A DNA stretch of 63,566 nt, counting the filler, from Folioceros fuciformis (lineage: Eukaryota), in NCBI GenBank assembly GCA_049999805.1. It is 6 parts of 5 records of this genome, joined end to end, with 100 filler letters (N's around TTAATTAATTAA, not from the genome) between each part and the next. Parts side by side here need not be neighbours in the genome. Positions count along the whole stretch, not along the records: positions 49,448 to 60,480 come from JBNGIO010006180.1; positions 60,581 to 63,566 come from JBNGIO010006188.1; 4 more parts are not named here. One strand, given 5' to 3'. The position numbers and the translations under genes were made by a program. Positions 49,348-61,517 of the stretch are shown one piece after another. The number at the start of each line of letters is the position of its first letter. Within the stretch, counting starts at the first letter, position 1. The notes under the pieces were generated by a model. The model saw only the letters and a list, made by a program, of their open reading frames with translations, did no database searches and had not been told where the DNA came from.

Positions 49348-52300
49348 NNNNNNNNNNNNNNNNNNNNNNNNNNNNNNNNNNNNNNNNNNNNTTAATTAAT
49401 TAANNNNNNNNNNNNNNNNNNNNNNNNNNNNNNNNNNNNNNNNNNNNAAGTAGCCCAGGGTATGTAATCTAAACCCGGTATCTGGGTAAAACCTTTGGCT
49501 ACTAGTCTTGCCTTATATCTCTCAATGGAACCATCACCCTTTCGTTTAATTTTAAAGACCCATTTACTCCCTACGATTTTTCTCCCTTTGGGTGGTTTAA
49601 CTAATTCCCATGTAGAATTCTTAACTAGGGAATCATACTCAGAGTCCACTGCAGCTTTCCATAAGTCCTTCTCGGGAGAAGTGAAAGCTTGTTTAAGGGT
49701 CAGTGGCTCTTCAGGATCAACTGTAGCTTTGTAAACAGATTGATAAAAATGGGAGAAAGGTGAGGAGGGATCATCAAAAGTGGTGAGGTATCCTAAAGGT
49801 GGTTCCTTCCATCCTGCAGGGCCAGAAATAACAGGTCTGGTCCTTAGGTTGTACCTTGGTGCAGGTTGCTCTACGTCGTCGACGATTGGATTCTCTGTGT
49901 GTACAATATCTTCATGTGCTGGTTCTTGTAATGAAGGAACCAGTTCCTCAATATCCGGATAGTCAGGCTCGGGAAGTTCATCATCCGGAACCACATAAAT
50001 ATCATCCAGGTGTTGAGGAATTTCCAGATCTGGATCTGGAATAGTAGGTTCGTCGCGGAGAAGATGGCTCCTCCTCCTCCTGCACAATAGGTTCAACTGG
50101 AGGAGAGGAAGGAAAAGATTGAATGCTGATAAACTCATCATCATCAAAAGATGTGGGTACAGTATTGTCGTCAGGAACATAGACAGAAGAGTAGGAGTCC
50201 ACTGGGGATAAGAGTGGAGACTCATGAAAAGTAACGCTGCGGGCATAAATGAGTTTCCTTGTAGCTGGATCAAATAACTTGTATCCTTTAATACCTTCTG
50301 TATAACCAATAAAGGTGTACTTGGCAGCCTTATCATCGAACTTCTTACGCTGTGCTTTAGGAATATAAACATATGCCGTACAGCCAAAAACCCGAAGGTG
50401 GTCGATGGAAGGCTTTCTGCCAATGAATGCTTCATAAGGTGTCATACCCCGAACTGCTGAGGTGGGTAGTCGATTGAGAAGATATGTTGCCGTTATCATT
50501 GCTTCTGCCCAATATGGTTTAACTAACCGGGCTTGGGAAAGCAAGCAACCTGTTATCTCTTGAAGACGTAGATTCTTATTTTCTGCTACGCCGTTTTGCT
50601 GAGGGGTATAAACCACCGTGAATTGCTGAGCAATACCTTGAGCTCGACAAAAATCTGTAAAAGCATTGGAGATAAACTTGCCTCCATTATCGGAACGGAG
50701 GGTTTTGAGTTTCTTCTCTGTAAGTCGTTCTGCCCACATCATGTAATCCTTGAAGTATTGAAAAGCTTCACTTTTGTGCTTGAGGATGTATGTTGTGGTA
50801 AAACGGGAATAATCATCAATAAAAGTAATAAAATATCTGCAGCCGCTGAAAGATGGTGCAGAAATTGGGCCACAAATGTCGGTGTGAACCAACTGTAAGG
50901 GTACCTTGGCCCGCTGAGGAGAATTGTTTTTGAAAGGAGCTTGATGTCTTTTAGTAAGGACACAAGCTTCACACCATGATAATGGTTCTATCTTTGGAAG
51001 GGAAGGGTGTCTATAAAGGTTTCCCTTAGACATTTGGACAAGCTTTTGGCTATTAGGATGTCCTAATCTACAATGCCAAAGTAAAGTAGTGTTGGACGTG
51101 ATAGAGTTCTGAGAAGCTAAATTAACTCTATCATGTGATGATTCTACTTGGACTGCAAGTTTATATAACCCGTCCTCTATTGTGCCTGTGCAGATATTGA
51201 GAGATTCACTAGGAGAGTAAGTGAGAAGACAACTATCTGCATCTAAAATGACTTGTATGTTATGTTCTATGCATAAACAAGTAGCTGACACTAAATTCTT
51301 ACACATGGCTGGTACATGAAGAACATTGGAAAGAACAAGGATTTGACCAGAAGAACATCTGAGTTTTATCGAACCTATACCAGAAATAGGAAGGTTATGA
51401 TCATCACCTAATAAGACACTCTGATGTCCTGTAACATAATTATAAGATTGATACAGACGTCTATTATTACAGATGTGTGCAGTGGCTCCACTATCCAAGT
51501 ACCAGTTTGGATTTGATGACTTTGATGAAGTCAAACATACAGTTAGAGCCGAAGGTGTTGTAGAAGATGTCTTCTTCACAGCTATATGAGCTCCAGGCGC
51601 AGCCTCTTTTCTAGGCTCACCATTTTTCTTCTTGTAACAGTCCTTCTCCAGGTGGTTTGGTATTCTGCACCAATTACAAATGATGCCTTTCTTCTTGGTA
51701 CCTTTAGCAGGTGTTGAAGAAGAAGTCTCTCGTCTTCGAGAGTTGTCATTGGAAGTCTGGGGTCGATATGAAGTGGAACCTCGGCCTCTGCCTCGTCCTC
51801 TTCCATTACCCCTTCCAGTGAACATCACCTGTTGCTTATTGGTTCTGGAGTGTCGCCGACTTGATTCCTCTTGCATCAATGCTCCTATGAGCTCGGCGAT
51901 GCTGAGCTTAATTTCTGCTTGTGGATTCTCATCTGCCTCACGTCTTGCATTACGGAGAACAGCATTTTGAGTTGTAACAAAAGCTCTATAAGACGGCGGT
52001 AAAGATGATAGAAGGATAACATATGCTTCCAACTCATGGACAGGAATGCCACTTGCAGCCTCAAGTTGAGATCTTGCTAGTCAGAAATTACTAATATGGC
52101 GTTCAATGGAATCGGACTCCTTCATTTGAAGGTTGCGGAAATTACAGGAGGCGGCAACAATACTCATAACATCCATGGAGGAGTAGAGCTGAGCAAGGTG
52201 AGTCCACATGTCGTGGGAGGTCTTTGCATGACCAACTTGTATCACCATTTGCTCCGAAAGTCCACTGATGATAAGGTCTTGTGCCTTCTCGTCCCTGACG

Positions 52301-52576
52301 TCCCAGGACGTTCGAAGGTGTGCTTCAAATCTTTCAGTGGGTCTGGGAAGTCTTCCTTCGACTATGTCCCAGAGATCTCGTTGTCGCAAGGCTCCTTTCA
52401 TCCGTATAGCCCAAACATAATAATTCTTTCCATTGAACCTATCCTTCTCTTTGAAGCTGTCACCATAATGATTAATCAAGGTATGATTAGAACTCCCAGA
52501 AGGATCCATCATGGGTGTATTTGGTGACGCTGAAAATTCTTCTTCAATATTAGATACTCCAGCCATAGCAGGTGAT

Positions 52577-53152
52577 CTAGAGGACTAAGCCTCGGCGGTA
52601 CAGCTTTCCATCTTCTCTATTGCAAGCTCGAAACTCCTCCCTTGCACGGTAACCTGCATCAGGAGATGATGACCTATTAGAAAGTTCCTGCACATCTTTG
52701 AATTTAGAGAGATTGGACACCCTTACCCCAAGTTCTGTTAGTTTTCTCTTGAATTCAAGATGTTGAATTGTTAGAGAAGATAATTCTCTATCTAGGTCAT
52801 GAATTTGGTGAGTTTCTATATTTTGGCCTTGTAGACAAAAGAATTTAGAAGCGTTAACGCCAGCTCTCAAATTAGGGATATGTTGAATAGCTAATTCTAA
52901 GGCCTTAACATGGATTGGGCTAAATACTTCTAGCAAATCACATCTAGCAAGCTTAATCAACTTCCCTTGGTCTGGTTTAGAAATTAGAATAGATGCAATG
53001 AAGTTAGCTATGCGAGAAGATATCTCATCTATCTCTCTTGCTATAATTTGTGAACTTGTATTGCTCTTAATCCTAACTTGATCTTGTTGTCTTGCAGGGC
53101 AATTTCTTTTCCTAATTCTAGGCCTCCTCCTATTAAAAGAAATCAAATCCAT
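52577..53152 (-). CDS. ORF0 of copia B (191 aa)
   Basis: Intact ATG-to-TAG ORF between PBS and gag; N-terminal RRRPRIRKR; heptad-like IHDLDRELSSLTIQHLEFKRKLTELGVRVSNL; stop 10 nt before the gag ATG. Confidence 0.7.
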   Translation of the reverse strand: MDLISFNRRRPRIRKRNCPARQQDQVRIKSNTSSQIIAREIDEISSRIANFIASILISKPDQGKLIKLARCDLLEVFSPIHVKALELAIQHIPNLRAGVNASKFFCLQGQNIETHQIHDLDRELSSLTIQHLEFKRKLTELGVRVSNLSKFKDVQELSNRSSSPDAGYRAREEFRACNREDGKLYRRGLVL

Positions 53153-53343
53153 AAAGAGGAGACGAAGAATTAGTGCATATGAACATTATGGGAAAAGAGA
53201 TATTTGCATGAGAAGAAAACATAAGAGAGCAGCAATTATAAAAGAGACACAATCCATCTAGCGAGGTGCTAGATTGGAAAAGATGTCTCCTAGATGCGCT
53301 CCTTAAATGCTTAAAGCTGCACTTGCATAATGAAGAGCAAGAT

Positions 53344-53355
53344 GCTCTGATACCA
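53344..53355 (-). promoter_or_regulatory. Primer binding site (tRNA-iMet) of copia B
   Basis: Minus-strand TGGTATCAGAGC directly after the LTR end CA. Confidence 0.92.
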
Positions 53356-53625
53356 TGATGAAAATCTAGCCTTGCTCTTAGATGCAAATCTTAGAATGTA
53401 ATTGAATGTAATGTAAGAAGTAAAGTACAAGCCTTTATATAGGCTAGGTAGTTGGGCGGTTACAACTATAAGTGGTTGTAACCATAAGTAGTTGTAACCG
53501 TAAGTGGTTGTAACCGTAAGTGGTTATAACCACTATAGCTAATAACTACCTAAATAACCCTAGGTAGATAATTAAAGTTAAGAGGCCCTAATGAATAGTG
53601 CCCTAAATCTAGACTTATTTCATCA
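53356..53625 (-). repeat. 5' LTR of copia B (270 bp) with internal 16-bp repeats
   Basis: Terminal inverted repeat TGATGAAA...TTTCATCA; minus-strand TATATAAA near 53435; TAAGTGGTTGTAACC(G/A) x4-5 at ~53455-53532. Confidence 0.85.
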
Positions 53626-55823
53626 AAAGTGGCCCAAGCTATTCCTCACATAGCGGTGAGTTGCCCTCGATTCCTCAGAAGACGACATCTTGGTCACATG
53701 GTTCTTCATCTACTCTTTCAAAATGATGCTAAGAGCGAACACGGTGAGAATGAGTATTGCACACTTGGTTTCAAGAGGTTTCTCTTGGGCACGCTCCAAC
53801 AAGCATCATACTATGGAGTTTTGGGGCGTAAAGCAGGAGGAGACCAAGCACTCGCAATTCATGGCTAGAGCCTCACATGGTTCTCACTTGTAAGGACTGA
53901 TAATGGCAAAGCAAGACTATGAATTCATTGCTCAAATATCATCAACGAATGGGAGTGTTAAGGGATAGTGTTGATAATATCTTTTAATTAAAGGTGCATA
54001 AATAGTGATATATAGGGGTACATAGAATAAATAATTATTAGTATCCCTTAGTTAAAGGTGTGACTTATGGTGAACCATTATGGTGTTTAATTTTAGAAAA
54101 ATAGTATCTTTTCAGTACAAGCACTTAAGTCTTTTCTTCATACACAATGATACATCCATGTAATTGAACAATATGTATTTGATATGAAACAAGCCTATTT
54201 TATAACAATTGTGCTAAGACCTACCCATAGATGGGTAGCCCACATAGAAGCTAACTTCAAAACTACCTACTGCCTTGATAATATCATGGTTTGAGATAAA
54301 AGGCGCACCCTAATACCATACTTATATACTTAAGAAAATCAGTTATTTGAATCATTAAGTTTAATAATTATGCATCATTGTATGGACATTATTGAATATG
54401 CATATCATCTAGCTACATGATATTTATATGTCTTAGGCTCATAAAAGAAAGATGGAGGAGATGGCAATACGAGAAAAAGAAAGACTTGCTCTTGTTGAAC
54501 AAGCAAACAAAGAACGTAAATTGCATAATTTACAGTTAAGGCAAGAAGCAGAAGCACGATCTAGAGCGGCAATGGAAAATTGGCAACGTTTGTTACAAAA
54601 GCGAAAGGATGACTATGACAGACGACAGCAGGTTGGGTACTTTCTTGAGTAAAACTCAAAGCACTTACTTAATGACATGCTATAGCATATAATGAAGCTT
54701 GTAACTTAATCATTATATATATATGTGCAATGAATTCAAAGGCTTCCATAAATAGAATGTAGCTCTCAAATTGGTCCTTCTCCTAAAGAAAAAAAATATA
54801 GAGCAAGATTATAAAAGGCCTTGGTTTTTTTATTTTTCTAAATTACATCATCTCATAAACAAAAGGTGTGTGTTGAAGACTACTCACTCTAAATTGAAAG
54901 GCAAGGGACATTACTAATTCATCAATAGATGTGGTCACACCCCTTAACTTAGCGTTTTGGCTGTATTACAATCCATTCATTGGTCTCCTACAATATAAAC
55001 ATCTGATACTTCCCGTGCATTTGTACCTCTTTATCCCTCATTTGTATCCCATTTGTTCTCTATTGTGGTTCATTACTCTATGTTTACATTACTTCCAGTT
55101 TGGGGAAGAACTTTGGCTAACAAAACTATGACCAAAAGTTCTTTAGTAAGAAGTTCACAAGTTATACTAAGCACAACTTCACAAGTTATACTAAGACTTT
55201 TCTTTGTAAAATCAGATGTAGTTATAAAGAGATTTGTGCAATGGGAGATATGGAAGAAAGATTCCCATGTAGCATCAAATAAACGTTACCTAGTTCAAAG
55301 AATTGGAAATTAGAATTGGTTGCCACAAACTCAGTAAGCAAAGAGTGCTAGACCTCAAGTTCTCTATAGTTATCAACGAGATCATATGATTTTCACGCCA
55401 TGTACTATAGAATACTTAAAACTAATTTGAACATAAAAATATGAAGAGATGACAACATGAGCGTCAAAGATAGTGTGGTGGCAAAACATGGAGCACAAGT
55501 CTGTCAAAGGGCTTGGGCTGTCTTTAGTCCACACTTATCCCACTATCGTCGAGACATAAGGTTTTGTTACCATGAAGGAGTGACAAAGTCTCTCGCTCTC
55601 TAGGATGGATGGAGGGTCTCCCTTTCTCGCTACCTCGACTCCTAAGCATATCCTAGTCTGTCTTGGCCTTTATGTCACAGCCATTCCAAAATAGTTGGGC
55701 TAACTTCCTAGCCAACCCACAAATAGCTCACAAATTGACCCCAAGTTAGATGCCTCTCATGGTCAATTCTTACAACAACAATCTAGGATAGTCCACTAGA
55801 TCTTGTTAGATATCAAATATTAC

Positions 55824-58800
55824 TGTTGGACCTTAACTATTGCATATGTAGGAATATGTCTAAGTTGTTTAGACCATTAATTAGTCGTATAGTGAAACGC
55901 CATGTCTCATGTACTTAAACAGCGCCACCAGTAAATTATTCTTCTTTGATGCTAACAAGCTAGCATGCTACTTTGCTTCCACTTTTGCCCACGTTTACTC
56001 ACATGGTATCAAAGACATGTTTTGCACCTTGTAGAAACTTATGAAAGATGCCAAGGCAAGGTGGCTGCTCCAAAAGGTCGCGTTGAGGTGGACCATTAAA
56101 ACATGACCTTCACGGAAGACTATCTGCCTATACTTATAGCACCTCTATATTTACAAAACAATACTCGATCCCTGTAGTCAAGCCTACCTTGCTCATTGGT
56201 CACATGGCCTCATTTTAGGTTGTGCACTCAAATCAAATCATGAGGTTGGTTGTCTTCATCCAAAATGTTGCCACAGGAGAAGACTGAACTCTGACTTGCT
56301 CCATATTCAATGAATCGAGCCACCCTCCTCCTTTGATTTAACATTTTGACCATGCACTGTGGAGGCAATCCCTAAACTTGCCTCAAAGATACCCACCTTT
56401 TGCGTTGTGGCTTGGAAGACAAGGCGATAAAGTGAGAACTAGGCGTTATATGGAATTCAAGAGTATTGCTAACAAACTAGAATTGGCACTTATCCATTTA
56501 AAGGGAGCCCTATTGCTTATTCTTTCAAATTAGGTGCTCATCTACAATAAGTTTGGCATCTTGGATTTTGAGTCAAGATCTGAACTCGAGAGGTCTGGAT
56601 CAACTTTGAATTCCCAGATCCCTTGAAGCGTATGCTGCGGAGTGGTGTAGAGGCTTAGGCGCGGGAGTGGAATCCTACTCTTAATCCCAAGCGGCGCACT
56701 TCCGCAAGCACCCCTACCACAATCTTACCCATGTTTCTACTTTGGTCCAACTATTGATGCCCCTTCACCAGATGTGGGCCTATTGATTAGTAACGACCTG
56801 ATTTCACAAAATTGACATGCCCATTTAGATGAGAAGTCATATGTTTCAAGGTTTCTGTTCAAGCGTCACAACTATTCATGAGTGCCTGAAAGGAGTTGAG
56901 GAGTTCATCATAAGAAGGGCATAAGTCCTTGTTACTCCCTCCTCTACCTGAACCCCTCAACTACCCTTCCTACACATAATGATCAGTAGTTACGTTCAAA
57001 TAGATCACATACACACATACGATACATCAATACTTAGCTGTGCTGGCTAAGCCATAGTCTCATATAGTCTACTTGAGTTTTCATGTTCACTACAGCACAA
57101 ATGACTGCCCTAATTAGTAACTTTCAGATCTAAGTTTGTTGCCTGGTGATCCCCACAATCAACCTCACCGATGGCCACCGTTAACTCTCCTTCATTTACC
57201 TCTAAATTTAGAGAAAAGGACAGGTTTAAAGGAGATGGCTTTTCTACTTAGCGTGTGAGGATGAAAGCTACCTTGTTAGCTCGCGGCATCTGGGGCACAA
57301 TTGATGGATCATACCGGAAATTGGATTCTACAACTTCTCCTGCACGATCTGCTGGCAAAATTACCAAGTAGGAACAATACAATGCAATTGTTGTGGCACT
57401 CCTTATTAGTGGACTTGATGTGGATCTGGTCCCTGATGTTGAATTTTTGAACTCAGCAAAAGAGATTTGGGATCGTCTGGAGAAGACTTATAAAGTACAA
57501 AGACAAGAGGGTAAACCCTGTAAGACAAGAGTTTTTGACCCTGAAGATGAAGGAGGGTGATAAAGTGGCAGTGCATACAAGTAGGTTCCAACACCTTTGA
57601 GCCCAACTCACCTCGTTGGCTGGAGACAAGACGTCGGAGATAGATGTTGTGGTGCAGTTTCTCACAACTCTTCCTCCTTATCAAACCTTTGTCACTAGCT
57701 AGAATGGACGCCTTTGCGCTACCTCCACGACCTCCTTATCTGGTGTAACAGCAACCGTTACCTTGGAAGAAGTAATTGGTGCGCTGTTTCAAGAGGAGCA
57801 GAGTCGTACCTTTGCTACTGGATTCCCTAAGAACAAATATCAAAAGGTGTTGGTGGCAAACTTCTTTAAGGGACGACCATTTAAGGGCAAAGGAAAGTGC
57901 ACAGGGTGCACCTCTCCTAGATAGAAGGGGGAGCTGCTAGTTTCGACTAAGAGTCCATGCAACTACAATTGGTGCGGCATGCGTGGACATTGAGCAAAAG
58001 AATGCCGGAAGGAAAAGGCTAGTGAGCCACAAAAACAACTAAAGCTAGTTGCAAGTGTTGCAGTATGCCTGGACACTGGTCAAGAGAATGCCGAAAGACA
58101 AAGGCCGGTGAGCTACAAAAAGAACTTAAGCCAACTACAAGTGTTGTAGTTAAAGACACATCAGGAGGCCCGAAAGCACCAACGAAGATTCTCACTATTT
58201 GATTGGTGAGTTCTCTGAATGATGATAGCTGTTGGTATCTCGATTTTTGAGCTACTACATATATATGTAAGGACCAAAAGCTGTTCACCACCCTACACCT
58301 GATTCATGCAAATGATAAGGTATTCCTTAGTGATGAGCAAAGAATTACAAGCTTACATATAGAAAGAAAAGGTACATATGTTTTCAAATTGAATGATGGC
58401 ATAGACCTTATGCTTGAAGACATCCTTTTCATCCAAAGTATGGCAAAAAATCTCAAGTCTATGAGCTAGCTCATGCGTCTACACATGTTTTATCTACTGG
58501 TAGACCATGAACATTGTTGATTCTATAGGCCATCTCCCCCTAACATGTGCGTGCTCAAGGGAATACCTGTCCAATATTTGTACAAGTTAAACATCACTTG
58601 TCTTTTGGCATAAGGTGCCATGCAGCATTTCACTAATTCTGCTGGTGCACTCAAACCTAGTTCTGCACAAGAAGTGATTTTGTGGCATGCACGGTTAGGA
58701 CATGTTCATAGGTCCAAGCGTATCGATATGTATGTTACAGAATGCCACAAGGAACCTCTTCCTAAGTGTTTTAAACACTTACCTATTTGTGAGTCATGCA

Positions 58801-59227
58801 TACTAGCCAAACAAAAGGAGTCTCCTTTCCAAAATGCATGTGTGCATAGAGGTACAGATACACTTGAACCCCTACACACCTCAACAAAATGACGTTCCAT
58901 AACACAATAACCAGACATGACAAGGAACATTTTGCTATGGGCATGCTTACCTTAGAGATAATGGGGTTGAAGCAGTTGTGACAACAATTTATATCCTTAG
59001 TAGAGTACTCACCAGCTCAATCCCTAATATGACTCCATTCGTGGCGCTTGGGCATAAAAAGCCTAGCCTGCTACAATGCATAGTTTTTGGATCTAGGGCT
59101 TTTGCTTATGTCCATGCGGAGAAGTGCAAGAAGCTTGATCCATGAGCACAAAGCCTTATTCACGTTGGCTATAGTGAGCACACCAAGTCTTATAAATTGT
59201 ATAATGTACAAACAAGCGACGTGGTAC
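55824..59227 (+). mobile_element. Degenerate Ty1/copia element C
   Basis: PBS-like TGGTATCAAAG at 56004 after ..CACA; gag from ~57171 (FREKDRFKGDGFST*RVRMKA); two zinc knuckles near 57970 and 58050; LWHARLGH..CESC; integrase tail to 59227. Many stops. LTR start is approximate. Confidence 0.8.
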
Positions 59228-60480
59228 TGTTAAAGGTATTATTTAGACCTAAGTATACATTGCTACTACTTAGGGTTAGTGACGGTTACATACTGTTTTA
59301 GGTTCTTAGACTATATACTTTATTTGCTTTCATGTTTTTCCTTAATGCAAGTCTACATGCTTTGTGGTCAAATGCGCCTAAGGTCGTGTGCCAATTGATC
59401 ACAAATATCAACATGGTATCAGAGCCCAGGCTCTGGTCCATCCTGGAAAAATTTGCTGTAGAAAGAAAATTTGAAAAAGAGAAATCGAAATGTCTTTCTT
59501 TGTTTTTAGGCGCTCAATGTGAGCTCTAATGTGTAGGAGGCACAATGCCTCGTAAATCAGGCTACAGGGATGTCTAGACTGACTCTGCCAAATTTGGGAG
59601 GTCAAGGGTGTCGGATCCTCGCAATCTGCTGAATTTCCAAGTGGAATTTGAGCACTTGTATTTCAAGAAAACAGTTGCACGAACCGAACAGCGAGAGCGC
59701 ATCCGGTTCTTGAAATCTTTTATCGACTCCTATAATCCAGATCCTCCTGGCCTTGATTCCCTAGCGTCTGACAAAAGATCAGATACATTAGATAAATTTA
59801 GTTGTTCAATAGGTGGTGGTATTCATGAATTTGTAAAACTTTCTCCTCATCACTTACCTCAAGATTTCGAAAATATTGACGTAATCCTCAATTCCCTCTT
59901 TATCATCAAGTCTTCTATATTCGAATTTTCTAGAAGATTAGACAGTCTCTCATCCCGTATGGATGGTTTAGAGAATCAAAAGGGGTCATATTCTTCTTCA
60001 TTGATAGAAATAGAATTAGAGGTAAAGAAACAATTCAAGGATATCACATGCATCAAGGAGCAGATTGCTACCTTGAGTGTACACTCTTCCTAGTTACCTA
60101 ACACAGTGCAGGCATGCATCATGGAAGCGGGAGCGGCTGATTCATCTACACATCGGCTACAAGAGACAGACCGACTTACCTCTGCTAATTTTGATGCCTG
60201 GAGTTTTAGGGTTAGGACAATTCTGGAGGAGAATCTCTTGATGGATGTGATGGATGGAAATGTTCCTCAACGACTTGTAGGACAGCCCTCGGGCAGGGTG
60301 TCCCCTGGTGGCAGCTCTATTAAAGAGAAATCTGATTGGAATCATAAAGATAGAAAAGCGAAGACGATTTTAGTCTCTTTTGTGTCACATGAAATGATTC
60401 CACACATCAAACTAACAAAGCATGCACATGAAGTGACAAGTGTCGAGTACGCGCGGAAGGCCGATAGGCGTAGGCAAGAA
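59228..60480 (+). mobile_element. Ty1/copia element D nested in C: LTR 59228-59413, PBS 59414-59425, ORF0, gag start
   Basis: TGTT...AACA termini followed by TGGTATCAGAGC; gag ATG at 60121 (RLQETDRLTSANFDAWSFRV), same family as element A. Confidence 0.9.
59545..60093 (+). CDS. ORF0 of copia D (182 codons, one internal TAG at 59575)
   Basis: MPRKSGYRDV*TDSAKFGRSRVSDPRNLL...DVILNSLFIIKSSIFEFSRRLDSLSSRMDGLE...IKEQIATLSVHSS*; lies between PBS and gag, in frame with gag. Confidence 0.72.
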
Positions 60481-60580
60481 NNNNNNNNNNNNNNNNNNNN
60501 NNNNNNNNNNNNNNNNNNNNNNNNTTAATTAATTAANNNNNNNNNNNNNNNNNNNNNNNNNNNNNNNNNNNNNNNNNNNN

Positions 60581-61056
60581 TGGCAAGGGAGGCCTAAGAA
60601 TGTGGGCATGAGAACTCCACCCAATCCAAATCACCGAAAGCTCACTTGCAACTGGTGTAGGAATCTAGGCCATATAGAGGCAGACTGCCGCAAGAAGGCA
60701 GCCGGCGAGTCATGGAAATCTGGATCTCCTGAAGCTAACGTGGTCACAAAATCAAAGGCGTCAAGCTCCAATATCATCTTGACTGTGTTTCTGGCACACA
60801 CCAAGTCAGACGAGCACTCCTGGTTCCTGGACTTGGGGGCATCAGCTCACATCTGTTATAATCGAGACAGCTTCGACGACTATCAACACTACCCACCTGG
60901 ACAATTCGTCCTGTTAGGCGATGAAAGCGGACTAAGCATAGCCGGTGTGGGGACAGTCAAAATTCGACTGCATGATGGTTCCCGGAAAACTTTGAAGCAG
61001 GTCCTTCACGTGCCTCAGATGGTGAAAAACCTCATGTCTGTTAGACATGTGTGTCA
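60581..61056 (+). mobile_element. Ty1/copia element E fragment (zinc knuckle and protease)
   Basis: CNWCRNLGHIEADC, WFLDLGASAHIC, VLHVPQMVKNLMSV; homology stops abruptly at 61056. Confidence 0.88.
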
Positions 61057-61315
61057 TAAAGATAAAGTACATTTATTATTAAGTAGCCAAGCATTAATTA
61101 AATAGAGATAATCCCGATATGAAACGCTAGATATAGAAAGGCAAAGTATTAGGGTCGTGACTCTAAGTATCAACCGTCACACTTCACGGGACACCACCAA
61201 CGGTTGCCCTGCACACCTTTTAAGGCCACACGGCCTAAGCTATCTACTACTCACTTCTTGAATCTCTTTCTCGCCTCTCCCGCGATCCTCCTTCGATCTT
61301 TATGGTATCAGAGCC

Positions 61316-61507
61316 ATGACCGATCCCGCCGTGCCGCCAACCTCATGCGCACTCTTCTGCGCAATTTGTGGCAACACGCAGTGCATCAAGAACCTCACAC
61401 ATTACCAGTTCTATGCGGCGATCTTAGCATTGAAGGCAGCCCTCACCAGGTTTGGATGCATGGCGGATCAATTTCTTGCAAATACTGTAGCTCACTACTA
61501 CACGTAG
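61316..61507 (+). CDS. Upstream ORF-a of copia F (63 aa, Cys cluster)
   Basis: ATG one base after the PBS (GAGCCATGA); CALFCAICGNTQCIKNLTH. Confidence 0.45.
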   Translation: MTDPAVPPTSCALFCAICGNTQCIKNLTHYQFYAAILALKAALTRFGCMADQFLANTVAHYYT

Positions 61508-61517
61508 TCCCCGCAAC

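Larger units (their letters stand above)
49448..53625 (-). mobile_element. Ty1/copia element B with 5' LTR, PBS, ORF0 and gag-pol
   Basis: gag ATG at 52566 (FKEKDRFNGKNYYVWAIRM), TGA at 52081, CNWCRIPNHLEKDC, WYLDSGATAH, integrase [19 protein letters not shown]. Frameshift near 50050. Confidence 0.95.
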
